DNA from: Phycisphaera mikurensis NBRC 102666
Lineage (GTDB): Bacteria > Planctomycetota > Phycisphaerae > Phycisphaerales > Phycisphaeraceae
Length of the DNA: 32,000 bases
NCBI RefSeq assembly: GCF_000284115.1
Contig: NC_017080.1
Coordinates: forward strand, 3,660,001 to 3,692,000
Direction of reading: 5' to 3'
The position numbers were made by a program, and so were the translations under genes. The notes beneath the pieces were generated by a model. It was not told the DNA's origin. It saw only the letters and a list, made by a program, of their open reading frames with translations, and did not search any database. Below are positions 17,289-25,883 of this stretch, piece after piece (within the stretch, counting starts at the first letter, position 1; each line of letters opens with the position of its first letter).

Positions 17289-19433
17289 CTAGACGGCGGC
17301 CCGGGCCGGCCGCAGCACCGCCAGCAGCACCGTGCCGTAGACGGCAACACCCGCCACGACCAGCAGCACGAGCAGGGCGAGGAGGCCGGTGGCGTTGAGC
17401 GTTTCCGCCGACGAGGCGGCGTCGATGGCGGCCAGCGTGAGGCCCATCGCCAGCGTGCCGGTCGCGGTGCCGGCGGCGAAGCGTCGCGGGCTCGGCTCGC
17501 CCAAGGCCGGCCGCTCCGCCGACAGCGCCGCCAGCAGCCGTCGCCGCCGCAGGATCCACCCGAGCACCAGGGCCTGCCCGGTGGCCGAGGCGGCGGTCGC
17601 CCAGGCCATGCCCGCGGCGCCCAGCGGCCAGACCAGCGTCAGGTTCAGCGCGAGGTTCAGGACCACCGCGACCACCGCCACCCGCAGCGGCGTCCTCGCG
17701 TCGTCCTGGGCGTAGAAGGCACGGGTCCACAGGTGGATCAGCATGTAGGCCCAGACGGCCGAGGCGTAGCCGGTGAGGATCCGCGCGACGGCGGCGGCGT
17801 CCGCGGCGTCGAAGCTGCCCCGCTCGAAGACCGCCCGCGCCAGCGGCAGCCGCACCGCCAGCAGGCCGACGGTCGCGGGCAGACCGATGCCCAGCGAGAG
17901 CAGCAGGCCGCGTCGGAGCACGCGCGCGAAGGCGTCGCCGGGCCCGGCGGCGGCCGCCGCGAGCCGCGGGAAGATCACCGTTGCGATGGCGATGCCGAAG
18001 ACGCCCAGCGGGAATTGGTACAGCCGCTGAGCGAGGGTGAGCGTCGTCACGCCGCCGGTGCGGATGGGGTAGGCCGCCTCGAAGCCGAGCAGGCGGAAGA
18101 CCGCGTCGGGCGCGTCGGCGGGTGCGGACAGCGTGAAGGCGATCAGCCCGTCGAGCAGCGTGTTCACCTGGAACACGCCCAAGCCCAGGATCATCGGGAC
18201 CATGGCGCGGCGGGTGGCGGCCAGGGGCAACGACGCGGCCTCTCCCGCGGGCGGCGTCCCCGGCGCGGGCTGCGGGCGCACGGGACCGACGCCCCGCCGG
18301 ACCATCAGCAGCTGCAGCACCCCGAGCACGACCACCGAGACCGCGACCACGGCCACCCGCGTCCGGCCGTCCCCGGTCGCCAGCGCCGCGCCCGCCGCTG
18401 CGGCGATCATCCCCAGGTTCAGCAGCACCGGCGCGGAGGCGGCGGGGCCGAAGCGGTCGCGGGCGTGGCCGATCGCGCCCAAGAGCGCCGTCCCGCACAC
18501 CAGCGGGGCGTAGGGCAGCATCGTCGCGGTGAGGGTGAGGCCCAGGGTCGCCTTCTCGCCGCCGAGGCCCAGCGCCAGCGCCGCGAGCAGCCCCGCCTCG
18601 GCGATCAGCACGGCGCCGACGAGCCAGGCCGCGGCCTCGCGGATCACCGCGGAGGCGTAGCGGCCCGCGGCGTCGGGATCGGCGTCGAGCAGGCGGCGGT
18701 AGCGCGGGAGGAAGGCCGCGGTGAGAGCGCCCTCGCCGAAGAGCCTGCGGAACAGGTTGGGCACCATGAAGGCGACGAAGAAGGCATCCAGCAGGAGCCC
18801 CGCGCCGAAGAGCCCGGCCAGCACGGCATCGCGGGCGAGGCCGGTGACCCGCGAGAGCGTCGTCAGCGCCGAGACGAGCGAGGCGGAGCGGAACAGCCCC
18901 GGGGGTCGCGGCCGGGCGGGCGCCGGGGGAGACGCCGCGGAGGACCCGGCGGGGGCGGCGGGGGCGGCCCGCGGGCCGGCGGCCGGCAGCAGCGCGAGCG
19001 CTCGGGGGATCGCCCACGCCGCCCAGAAAGCGCCCAACACCGCGCCGGCGCCGTCCGCCGCGAGGTCGCCGAGCGTCATCTGCCGGCCCACCCACCGCTG
19101 CGTGAACTCGTCGACGAAACCCCAACCCACACCCGCCGCGGCGACGACGGCCGCCCGACGCCACCGCGACGGCCCGGCGGCGCGGCCGGGCCAAGCCGCC
19201 GCCACCGCGAGCGCCGCCAGCACGCCGAAGCCGACGAGGTGGACCATCTTGTCCAGCAGCGGCTCGCCCGCGGCCTCGGGGCCGGCGAACCTCAGCCGCG
19301 GCCAGTGCGAAGCGATCGTGAAGGCCGCCAGCGCCGGCAGGAAGGCGACGCGGGCGATGCCCCGCACCCGCCCGGCCGCGGCCGGCTCCGACGCTTCCCC
19401 GGAAGCGGCTTGCGCGTCGCGTCGCCCGCTCAA
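17289..19433 (-). CDS. murJ: VanZ-like domain fused to lipid II flippase MurJ (MviN)
   Basis: The C-terminal ~520 aa are MurJ (LVSALTTLSRVTGLARDAVLAGLFGAG, PNLFRRLFGEGALTAAFLP, LAQRLYQFPLGVFGIAIATVIFP). The N-terminal ~140 aa carry the VanZ motifs LDKMVHLVGFGVL, VDEFTQRWVGRQMTLGDLAADGAGAVLG. There is no stop and no ATG/GTG/TTG between the two parts. Start taken as TTG 19433, overlapping the upstream stop (TTGA); the alternative is GTG 19367. Confidence 0.8.
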   Translation of the reverse strand: MSGRRDAQAASGEASEPAAAGRVRGIARVAFLPALAAFTIASHWPRLRFAGPEAAGEPLLDKMVHLVGFGVLAALAVAAAWPGRAAGPSRWRRAAVVAAAGVGWGFVDEFTQRWVGRQMTLGDLAADGAGAVLGAFWAAWAIPRALALLPAAGPRAAPAAPAGSSAASPPAPARPRPPGLFRSASLVSALTTLSRVTGLARDAVLAGLFGAGLLLDAFFVAFMVPNLFRRLFGEGALTAAFLPRYRRLLDADPDAAGRYASAVIREAAAWLVGAVLIAEAGLLAALALGLGGEKATLGLTLTATMLPYAPLVCGTALLGAIGHARDRFGPAASAPVLLNLGMIAAAAGAALATGDGRTRVAVVAVSVVVLGVLQLLMVRRGVGPVRPQPAPGTPPAGEAASLPLAATRRAMVPMILGLGVFQVNTLLDGLIAFTLSAPADAPDAVFRLLGFEAAYPIRTGGVTTLTLAQRLYQFPLGVFGIAIATVIFPRLAAAAAGPGDAFARVLRRGLLLSLGIGLPATVGLLAVRLPLARAVFERGSFDAADAAAVARILTGYASAVWAYMLIHLWTRAFYAQDDARTPLRVAVVAVVLNLALNLTLVWPLGAAGMAWATAASATGQALVLGWILRRRRLLAALSAERPALGEPSPRRFAAGTATGTLAMGLTLAAIDAASSAETLNATGLLALLVLLVVAGVAVYGTVLLAVLRPARAAV

Positions 19434-21901
19434 GCCGCCGCCCCGTTGCCGGGCCCGCTCGCGAGCCGGTCCAGGGTCGCCTCGATGCGACGCCGCGCGT
19501 CGGCGTCGGGCTCGAGCCCGCCGAAGCGGGCGGCGTAGAAGGCCGCGGTCACCTCGACCACGCCGCCGTACGCGTCGGGGTCCTGCCGGGCGAGCGCCTC
19601 GGCCCAGGCGGCCGGGGTCTCCGACGCGGGCCGCTCCAGCCCGCGCCGCTCCAGCAGCTCCAGCAGGCGGGCGTAGAACCCGAAGCGGCGGACCGCGGCC
19701 CCGCCCTCGCCGGCATCGAAGGCCGCCGGCCGGCTGCGGGCCCGCCGCCGGAAGCCGCGGTGCCGCCGGAGGATGCCCCAGGCCAGCAGGCAGGCCAGCA
19801 CCGAGAGCACCACCGCGCCGCCGGCGACCGCCGCCCGCCACCGCGGCGTGACCGGCACCCAGCGTGTCCAGCCGAGCCGGTCGCTCAGCAGCGAGACGCC
19901 GGCGTTCCGCAGCGCCGCGAACGCACGCGCACGGGTCTGCGGATCGAAAGCCACCACGCGGCTGATCCAGGTGTACTCCGCGTGCTCGAGGAGGTGACGC
20001 GCCTGCCGGAGCCACGGCGGGCCGGCGCGGCGGTGCTCCGCCCGCACCAGCGCCGGCGGGGTCGCGTCGTAGGTCGTCCAGCCGGTGGGCAGCGGCGGCC
20101 CGCCGCCGGGGCGGGCCAGCGGCGGACCCAACGCCACCTCGGCCCAGGCGTGCGCGTGCTCCTGGCGCACCACGTAGTAGCCGCCCACCGCGTTGAACTC
20201 GCCGGCCCGGTACCCGGTCGCCACCCGGGCGGGGATGCCCACCGAGCGGCACAGGGCAACCAGGCCCGCGGCGAAGAGCTCGCAGTGGCCACGGCGACGC
20301 TCGAAGAGGAAGGCGATCACCGGGTCCTCCCCGGGTCCCGCCGGCGGGTTCTGCAGCGTGTAGTCGCAGTGGGTCCGCAGGAAGTTCTCCAGCCGCTCGA
20401 CCCGGCGGCGGTCGTCGGGCAGCGGCCCAGCCGCGGGGTCGCGCTCGAGCCCCGCCGCGGCGAGCACGTTCTGGGCGAGTGCCGCGACCCGGGCGGGCTG
20501 CACCTCCCAGCGTCGCGACTCGCCGCCGGGATCGGCCGGCTGCCCCGACGCCGCGCCAGCCTCCAGGGAACCGCCCACGCGGGTGATCGGCCGCAGCCAG
20601 CCGAGCCAGTGGGGCCGCCGCCCCGCCCCGCCCGCCGGCGCCTCGCCGCCGCGGCGCAGGCCCCGCCCGCCGGGGCCCGGGGACGCCTCGGGCGGCGGCG
20701 CCAGGAAGCGGTCGTAGGCCTCCGCCAGCCCCGCCTCCCGCAGCGGGACCACCGTCGCCTCGTACGCCTCCAGGGGCGAGGCGTCGCGGTCGATCGACTG
20801 GAGGCGGCGGTCGATCGGGTTGAAGCCCAGCGAGCGGAGGCCGTCGATCCGGACCCGCAGCGGCGTGCCCGCGGCCATCAGCCGCGAAGTCGGCAGGAAC
20901 AGCGTGTCCAGCGGGGCGCCCCGCTGCGTCGCCTCCAGGGACCAGTGGGTGCTGGGCCGGGCGTTTAGCGCCGCCCCCGACGCGAAGACCAGCGCCCCGG
21001 CGGCCTCGGGCGGCAGGCGCAGGAGCACGTCCTCGCGGCCCATCGCGGCGCTGCGGACCCAGCTGCGGCTCTCGGGCTCGTAGCGGTCCAGCGCCGCCCC
21101 GCGCAGCAGGAAGTCGCGGCCGTCGCGGCCGATGTTCGAGCCGTCCTGCCGCAGCGTCACGTGCAGCACGGGGCCGCCGAGGTCCCGCGTGGGCGGGGCG
21201 ACCCCCAGGTCGACGCGGGCCGCGAAGCCCGTCCCGCGGAGCCCCCCCAGCGTGCGGGCGGTGTCGCCGCGGGTGCCGCCCTCCCGCCGCGGGGTGGCGA
21301 CGAAGACCGCCGAGGCGACCAGCGCCGCCACCACGACGCCCGCGGCGAAGGCGCGGCCCATCCGCGGCGCCACCGGCGTCGGCGGCGGCGGGATCGCACC
21401 GCCGCCGAGGCGGGCGTTGCGGGCGGCGATCCGCTCGACGCTCGCCCGCATCGACAGCCGCGTGAGCGCCGCGGCCGCGACCGCGCACCACGCCATCATC
21501 GCGACGCCGTCGAGCACCGTGGACGAAAGCGTCGACGCGGCGAGCACCTGGATCAAGCCCAGCACCAGCAGGAGCGCCTCGTCCCGCGTCGTCCGGCGGG
21601 AGAGCAAGAGCATGCCCTGGAGCATCGCCGTGAAGTGCCCCATCGCCACCACCAGCTCCATCCCCGGCCGGCGCGTCTCGAGGATCATGACGCCCACCGC
21701 GACCAGCGCCCCCGCGTTGACCCAGGCGGGCCGCAGCGGCAGCGGCGAGCGGTCGCCCAGCCGGTGGCACGCCCGGACCGCGGCGTAGACCGTGAAGGCA
21801 AGCACGGCGAAAGCGGCGTTGCGCTCCGCGATCGCCAGGCAGCCCACGCCCAGCAGCGCCTGCGCGTCGAGCAGCCGGCGGGTGGAGCGGGTGAGCGTCA
21901 C
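19430..21901 (-). CDS. TgpA-like membrane transglutaminase (DUF3488 + transglutaminase core + DUF4129-like tail)
   Basis: N-terminal multi-TM region. Cys-His-Asp core: RRGHCELFAAGLVALCRSVGIPARVATGY, HAHAWAEV, TTYDATP. A C-terminal TM helix follows. GTG 21901 overlaps the DUF58 stop (GTGA). The upstream part of the 1226-aa track ORF is shadow sequence. Confidence 0.85.
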   Translation of the reverse strand: MTLTRSTRRLLDAQALLGVGCLAIAERNAAFAVLAFTVYAAVRACHRLGDRSPLPLRPAWVNAGALVAVGVMILETRRPGMELVVAMGHFTAMLQGMLLLSRRTTRDEALLLVLGLIQVLAASTLSSTVLDGVAMMAWCAVAAAALTRLSMRASVERIAARNARLGGGAIPPPPTPVAPRMGRAFAAGVVVAALVASAVFVATPRREGGTRGDTARTLGGLRGTGFAARVDLGVAPPTRDLGGPVLHVTLRQDGSNIGRDGRDFLLRGAALDRYEPESRSWVRSAAMGREDVLLRLPPEAAGALVFASGAALNARPSTHWSLEATQRGAPLDTLFLPTSRLMAAGTPLRVRIDGLRSLGFNPIDRRLQSIDRDASPLEAYEATVVPLREAGLAEAYDRFLAPPPEASPGPGGRGLRRGGEAPAGGAGRRPHWLGWLRPITRVGGSLEAGAASGQPADPGGESRRWEVQPARVAALAQNVLAAAGLERDPAAGPLPDDRRRVERLENFLRTHCDYTLQNPPAGPGEDPVIAFLFERRRGHCELFAAGLVALCRSVGIPARVATGYRAGEFNAVGGYYVVRQEHAHAWAEVALGPPLARPGGGPPLPTGWTTYDATPPALVRAEHRRAGPPWLRQARHLLEHAEYTWISRVVAFDPQTRARAFAALRNAGVSLLSDRLGWTRWVPVTPRWRAAVAGGAVVLSVLACLLAWGILRRHRGFRRRARSRPAAFDAGEGGAAVRRFGFYARLLELLERRGLERPASETPAAWAEALARQDPDAYGGVVEVTAAFYAARFGGLEPDADARRRIEATLDRLASGPGNGAAA

Positions 21902-23190
21902 CGCGTGCCCTCCGCCACCGCGTGCGCCCGGGCCGCCGCCGGTCCCGCCGCCGCCACCGCCACCGCCTGCGCGACCGGGCCTTCCGCCGCCACCGGGCGG
22001 GGGTTCCGGCCGCCCGTGGCCGCGAAGCACAGCACCGCCGCAGCCGGCTCCCCCGGTGTCGCCGCCGCCGGACACACGCGGACCGTGACGTCGTGCAGCA
22101 CCCGTGGGGAGGGGTCGGCCGCCGGCGGCGGCGCCGAGAGGTCCAGCCGGCCCAGCGCCGCCAGCAGGCGGTCGCGGTGGGCGAGCGCGTGGTGCGGCGT
22201 GAAGCCCGGCATCGACACGCCCGCCGCGTGCAGCCCGACGCGGAAGCCCCCGGCGTGGGCCCGCGCCACCAGCGATGCGGCGACGCGGATCGCGGCCTCG
22301 GCGGCCTCGGCGTCCGCCCGGTCCGCGGCTCCGCCCTCGGGCGAGCGCAGGTCCAGCAGCACCACCACCCGCGGCGGCTCGGGCCGGGCCAGCTCGCGCA
22401 CCATCAGCTCGCCCTGCCGGGCGCTGCGCTTCCAGTCCAGCGTCCGCAGCGGGTCGCCGGGCCGGTAGCCGCGGCTGCCGTAGAAGTCGCCCTCCACCCC
22501 CGGCGCCACCCGCGCCGCGACGCCGTCGGGCCCGGGCAGCGGCCGGGCGGCGCGGGCGACCAGCCGCGGCGCCAGCGGCGTGACCCCCGGCAGCACCCGC
22601 AGCACGTCCTCCTGCTCGAAGACACGCGACCGCCGGAACAGCCCCAGCGGGAACGTCGTCGAGACCTCGAATGCCGTCAGCCGCCGCTCGCCGCGGCCGG
22701 GCGCCGGCCCGGTGGCTTCCGCGAGCACCGCCGCCCCCGGCCGCACCTGCGGCACCCACGCCCACGGCAATGCGTCCACCTCCGCCGCGTCGCCCAGCTC
22801 GCGGACACGCAGCGACAGGCAGGCCAGCCGGCCGCGGTTGCGCAGCGTGTAGCCCAGCGACAGCGGCGCCCCGGCCACGCAGCGACCCGGACGCACCCGC
22901 GTCGCCTCCAGCCTCCGCAGCACGAGCGAGCCGTGCAGCAGCGCGAACGCCGCCGCGCCCGCCCCGAGCCCGAACAGCCAGAACAGCAGATTGGCCTGCG
23001 TGTACAGCGCCGTCGCCAGCACCAGCACCGCCGCGCCGAAGAAGCCGGGCGCCACCGTCCGCTCGCGGCCCCGCCAGCGGGGGCGGCCGACCGACCCGGC
23101 CGCGGCCCAACCACGCCCGCGCCGGGGCGCGGCCCCCGGCCCGGCGGCGGGAGAGCGGGAGCCGGGCGCAGGCGTCGCGGCCGGGCTCAA
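21898..23190 (-). CDS. DUF58 family protein (vWA-like fold, MoxR-associated family)
   Basis: Two N-terminal TM helices, then DFYGSRGYRPGDPLRTLDWKRSARQGELMVRE, the DUF58 signature, then VVVLLDL. Start taken as TTG 23190, overlapping the upstream stop (TTGA). The alternative GTG about 130 nt downstream would leave almost no cytoplasmic N-terminus. Confidence 0.8.
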   Translation of the reverse strand: MSPAATPAPGSRSPAAGPGAAPRRGRGWAAAGSVGRPRWRGRERTVAPGFFGAAVLVLATALYTQANLLFWLFGLGAGAAAFALLHGSLVLRRLEATRVRPGRCVAGAPLSLGYTLRNRGRLACLSLRVRELGDAAEVDALPWAWVPQVRPGAAVLAEATGPAPGRGERRLTAFEVSTTFPLGLFRRSRVFEQEDVLRVLPGVTPLAPRLVARAARPLPGPDGVAARVAPGVEGDFYGSRGYRPGDPLRTLDWKRSARQGELMVRELARPEPPRVVVLLDLRSPEGGAADRADAEAAEAAIRVAASLVARAHAGGFRVGLHAAGVSMPGFTPHHALAHRDRLLAALGRLDLSAPPPAADPSPRVLHDVTVRVCPAAATPGEPAAAVLCFAATGGRNPRPVAAEGPVAQAVAVAAAGPAAARAHAVAEGTR

Positions 23191-23645
23191 TCCAGGTACG
23201 GCCGCGCCTGCCGCAGCGTCTCGTCGAGGAAGTCCGTTGGCGACGCCGATCGGTCGCGGCCCACCGGCATCGTCACCAGCACCCGCTTGCCGCGGCCGGG
23301 CAGCGGGAAGAAGCCGACGGCGGGCGCGAAGCCTTGCCGCCGCGCCTCCAGGCCGGCGTCGATCCGGAGCACCCCGGCGCCGGCGACGTCGGGCCGCAGC
23401 TCGAACCAGCCATCGGGCCCCGACACGGCGTTGCCCGCGTCGCGGCGGTTGAGCCGCTGGGGGTTCTCCGCCAGCGCGAGCCGGACCTCCGGCAGCGGCG
23501 GCCGCGACACGAGCCGCGGGTCGTCCGCCCGCACCACCTCCACCCCCGCCGGCGCCCCCTCCACCACCCGGCCGCGCAGCGCGTACGGCGAGCAGCCCGC
23601 CGCCAGCAGCTGCGCGATCAGCAGCGGGAGCAGGACCCGGCTCAA
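23187..23645 (-). CDS. lipoprotein, possible carboxypeptidase-regulatory-like beta-sandwich
   Basis: LSRVLLPLLIAQLLAAGC is a signal peptide plus lipobox. GRVVEGAPAGVEVV...VSGPDGWFEL resembles CarboxypepD_reg-type domains. The only start upstream of the signal peptide is TTG 23645, overlapping the scpB stop (TTGA). Confidence 0.6.
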   Translation of the reverse strand: MSRVLLPLLIAQLLAAGCSPYALRGRVVEGAPAGVEVVRADDPRLVSRPPLPEVRLALAENPQRLNRRDAGNAVSGPDGWFELRPDVAGAGVLRIDAGLEARRQGFAPAVGFFPLPGRGKRVLVTMPVGRDRSASPTDFLDETLRQARPYLD

Positions 23646-24250
23646 CCGCCGCTCCCCGGCTTGGGCGCCCCATCCGCCGGCGGCAGCTCCGCCAGCGACG
23701 CCAGGCCGAACACCTCCAAAAAGCGCGGCGTGGTGCCGTAGAGGATCGGCCGGCCGACCTCCTCGGCCCGCCCCGCGATCCGCACCAGGTGCCGCTCCAT
23801 CAGCGACCGCAGCACCTCGCCGCACGCCGCCCCGCGGACCGCCTCGAGCTCCGCACGCAGCACCGGCTGGCGGTACGCCACCACCGCCAGCGTCTCGAGC
23901 GCCGCCGGCGACAGCCGCCCCGACGACCGGGAGCGGTGCAGCGAGGCCAGAAACGCCGCGTGCTCGGGCAGCGTCATCACGCGGAAGCCCCCCGCCACCG
24001 CCTCCACCCGGAAGGCCCGCCCCTCCCGCTGGTAGGCCTCGTTCAACGCCGCCACCGCTTCGTTCACCGGCTGGCTGTGCTCCAGCCCCAGCGCCTCGGC
24101 GAGCCGCCCCGCCGGCACCGCCCGCTCGGCCGAGATCAGCGCCGCCTCCACGCGGGCGGCGAGCCGCGCCGGGTCGTCCGCCGCGGCGGGCCGCTCGACG
24201 GAGGCCTCCGCCGGGGCCGACTGCGCCTGCATGCCCACGGCGGCTTCCAT
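23642..24250 (-). CDS. scpB: segregation and condensation protein B
   Basis: VEAALISAERAVPAGRLAEAL, AGGFRVMT, LSPAALETLAVVAYRQPVLRAELEAVRG and EEVGRPILYGTTPRFLEVFGL form the canonical tandem-wHTH ScpB pattern. Confidence 0.9.
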   Translation of the reverse strand: MEAAVGMQAQSAPAEASVERPAAADDPARLAARVEAALISAERAVPAGRLAEALGLEHSQPVNEAVAALNEAYQREGRAFRVEAVAGGFRVMTLPEHAAFLASLHRSRSSGRLSPAALETLAVVAYRQPVLRAELEAVRGAACGEVLRSLMERHLVRIAGRAEEVGRPILYGTTPRFLEVFGLASLAELPPADGAPKPGSGG

Positions 24251-24399
24251 CGCGGCAGCCTACCGCGGGGCGACGCCGCGGAAGGCCCCCGCGGTGCCCG
24301 CGACCCGCCGGCCGCGCCCGCTCGGCCGCTCCGCTTCCTCCCCGGGAACCGGAGAGGGCTTGCGCAGGGGCAGACCAAGCCGCTCCGTAGCATCGCGGG

Positions 24400-24774
24400 A
24401 TGGACACCCCCGACGACCGCCGGTACCTCCCCTCCCACGAGTGGCACCGCCTGCTCGACGACGGCACCGTCGAGGTCGGCATCTCCGCCTTCGCCGTCGA
24501 CGAGCTCACCGACATCACCTACGTCGAGGCCTCCGCCGCCGCCGGCGATCGCGTCGCCGCCAACGAGCCGTTCGGCGAGATCGAGTCCGTGAAGGCCACC
24601 AGCGAGCTGTACTGCGGCCTCGACGGCACCGTCACCGAGATCAACCCGGCCGTCATCGAGCGGCCCGAGACCATCAACGACGACTGCTACGGCACCGGCT
24701 GGATCCTGCGGCTGAAGCCGGACGACGCCGAACAGATGAGCGGCCTCCTGGAGGCCTCGGCCTACGCCAAGTGA
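24400..24774 (+). CDS. gcvH: glycine cleavage system H protein (lipoyl carrier)
   Basis: YLPSHEWHRL, GISAFAVDELTDITYVE and the lipoyl-lysine motif EIESVKATSELY. 124 aa. Confidence 0.95.
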   Translation: MDTPDDRRYLPSHEWHRLLDDGTVEVGISAFAVDELTDITYVEASAAAGDRVAANEPFGEIESVKATSELYCGLDGTVTEINPAVIERPETINDDCYGTGWILRLKPDDAEQMSGLLEASAYAK

Positions 24775-24938
24775 TCGCCGCGCCGAAGCGCTCATCGGAG
24801 CGCCGGCTCGTCCGGGCCGAGCCGCTGCGTACGCGGCGGGGGCGATGCCGCCGCGGATCCCCACCCGCCGGCCCGGAGCCGGCGCAGCGTCCTGCGCGTC
24901 TCCCCGCGGGCCGGATCCCAGCGGTAGGCTGCGAACCC

Positions 24939-25883
24939 GTGATCGTCGACCTCCACACCAGGATCTGGAACTCCGTCGACAGCCTCGGCGACGCCATCGC
25001 CGCGCAGGCCCGCCGCACGCGCGAGGACGCGTCCAGGGCGATCACCGCCTCCTTCGACGTCCACGAGGTGGCGATGGCGCCGGTCTCGGTCGCCGTCGTC
25101 CACGGGCTCGACAGCCACCTGCTCGACGCCCGGCTCGACGCCGGGGCCGTCGCCGCCGAGGTCGCCCGCTCCAAGGACACGCTCCTGGGCTTCGTCGGCC
25201 TCGACCCGCTCGGCGACGATCCCACCGGCCGGCTGCACGCCGCAGTCGACGACCACGGCTGCGTGGGCGTGAACCTCTGCCCCGCCGCCGGCGGCTTCCA
25301 CCCCAGCGCCACCCCCACGATGGAGCTTCTCGAGGCCGTGGCCGAGCGGGGCCTGCCGGTCTACGTGGAAGCCGGCGCCCAGCTCGCCCGCGAGGCCAAG
25401 CTCGAGTTCGCCCAGCCCTTCCTGCTCGACGAGGTGCTGCGGACCTTCCCGGAGATGAAGCTGGTGATCTCCGGCTTCGGCGAGCCCTGGCCCAACCAGA
25501 CGGTGGCGCTGCTCCGCAAGCACCCGCAGGCCTTCACCGACGTCTCGGGCCTCGTCTCCCGCCCGTGGCAGCTGTACAACGCGCTGGTCTCGGCCTGGCA
25601 GGCGGGCGTGATGGACCAGGTGCTCTTCGGCTCGGGCTTCCCCGCCGCGGATCCCGAGCGGGCGATCGTGACGCTCTACAGCGTGAACTCGCTCACCCAG
25701 GGCACGCCGCTGCCGAGCATCCCGCGCGAGCAGCTCCGCGGCGTGGTCGAGCGCGACACGCTGAAGATCCTCGGCCTGCCCGACCCCACCCCCGAGGACG
25801 CCGGCGACGCGAAGAGCTCGTCCGCCTTCGCGCGCGTGGTCGTCGAGTCCGGCCCGGGCGAGGCGGGCGCGGAGCGGAAGTGA
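24939..25883 (+). CDS. amidohydrolase-2 (TIM-barrel metal-dependent hydrolase) family protein
   Basis: GTG 24939 gives VIVDLHTRIW..., with VGVNLCP, LPVYVEAG, KLVISGFGEPW and VLFGSGFP, typical of PF04909-like hydrolases. The upstream part of the 550-aa track ORF is shadow sequence. Confidence 0.7.
   Translation: MIVDLHTRIWNSVDSLGDAIAAQARRTREDASRAITASFDVHEVAMAPVSVAVVHGLDSHLLDARLDAGAVAAEVARSKDTLLGFVGLDPLGDDPTGRLHAAVDDHGCVGVNLCPAAGGFHPSATPTMELLEAVAERGLPVYVEAGAQLAREAKLEFAQPFLLDEVLRTFPEMKLVISGFGEPWPNQTVALLRKHPQAFTDVSGLVSRPWQLYNALVSAWQAGVMDQVLFGSGFPAADPERAIVTLYSVNSLTQGTPLPSIPREQLRGVVERDTLKILGLPDPTPEDAGDAKSSSAFARVVVESGPGEAGAERK

Noticed and set aside
19434-21770. The upstream two-thirds of the 1493-aa ORF 17289..21770, which would make a giant MurJ fusion protein.
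   Set aside because: That part is low-complexity RGPA sequence overlapping the well-supported TgpA-like gene in another frame. The real gene begins at the TTG/GTG just after the TgpA stop.
24251-24399. A glycine riboswitch upstream of gcvH.
   Set aside because: Only GGAGAG and GGGGCA strings are present. The conserved CACCGAAGG...CTCAGGCAAAAGGAC elements and the two-hairpin aptamer layout are missing.
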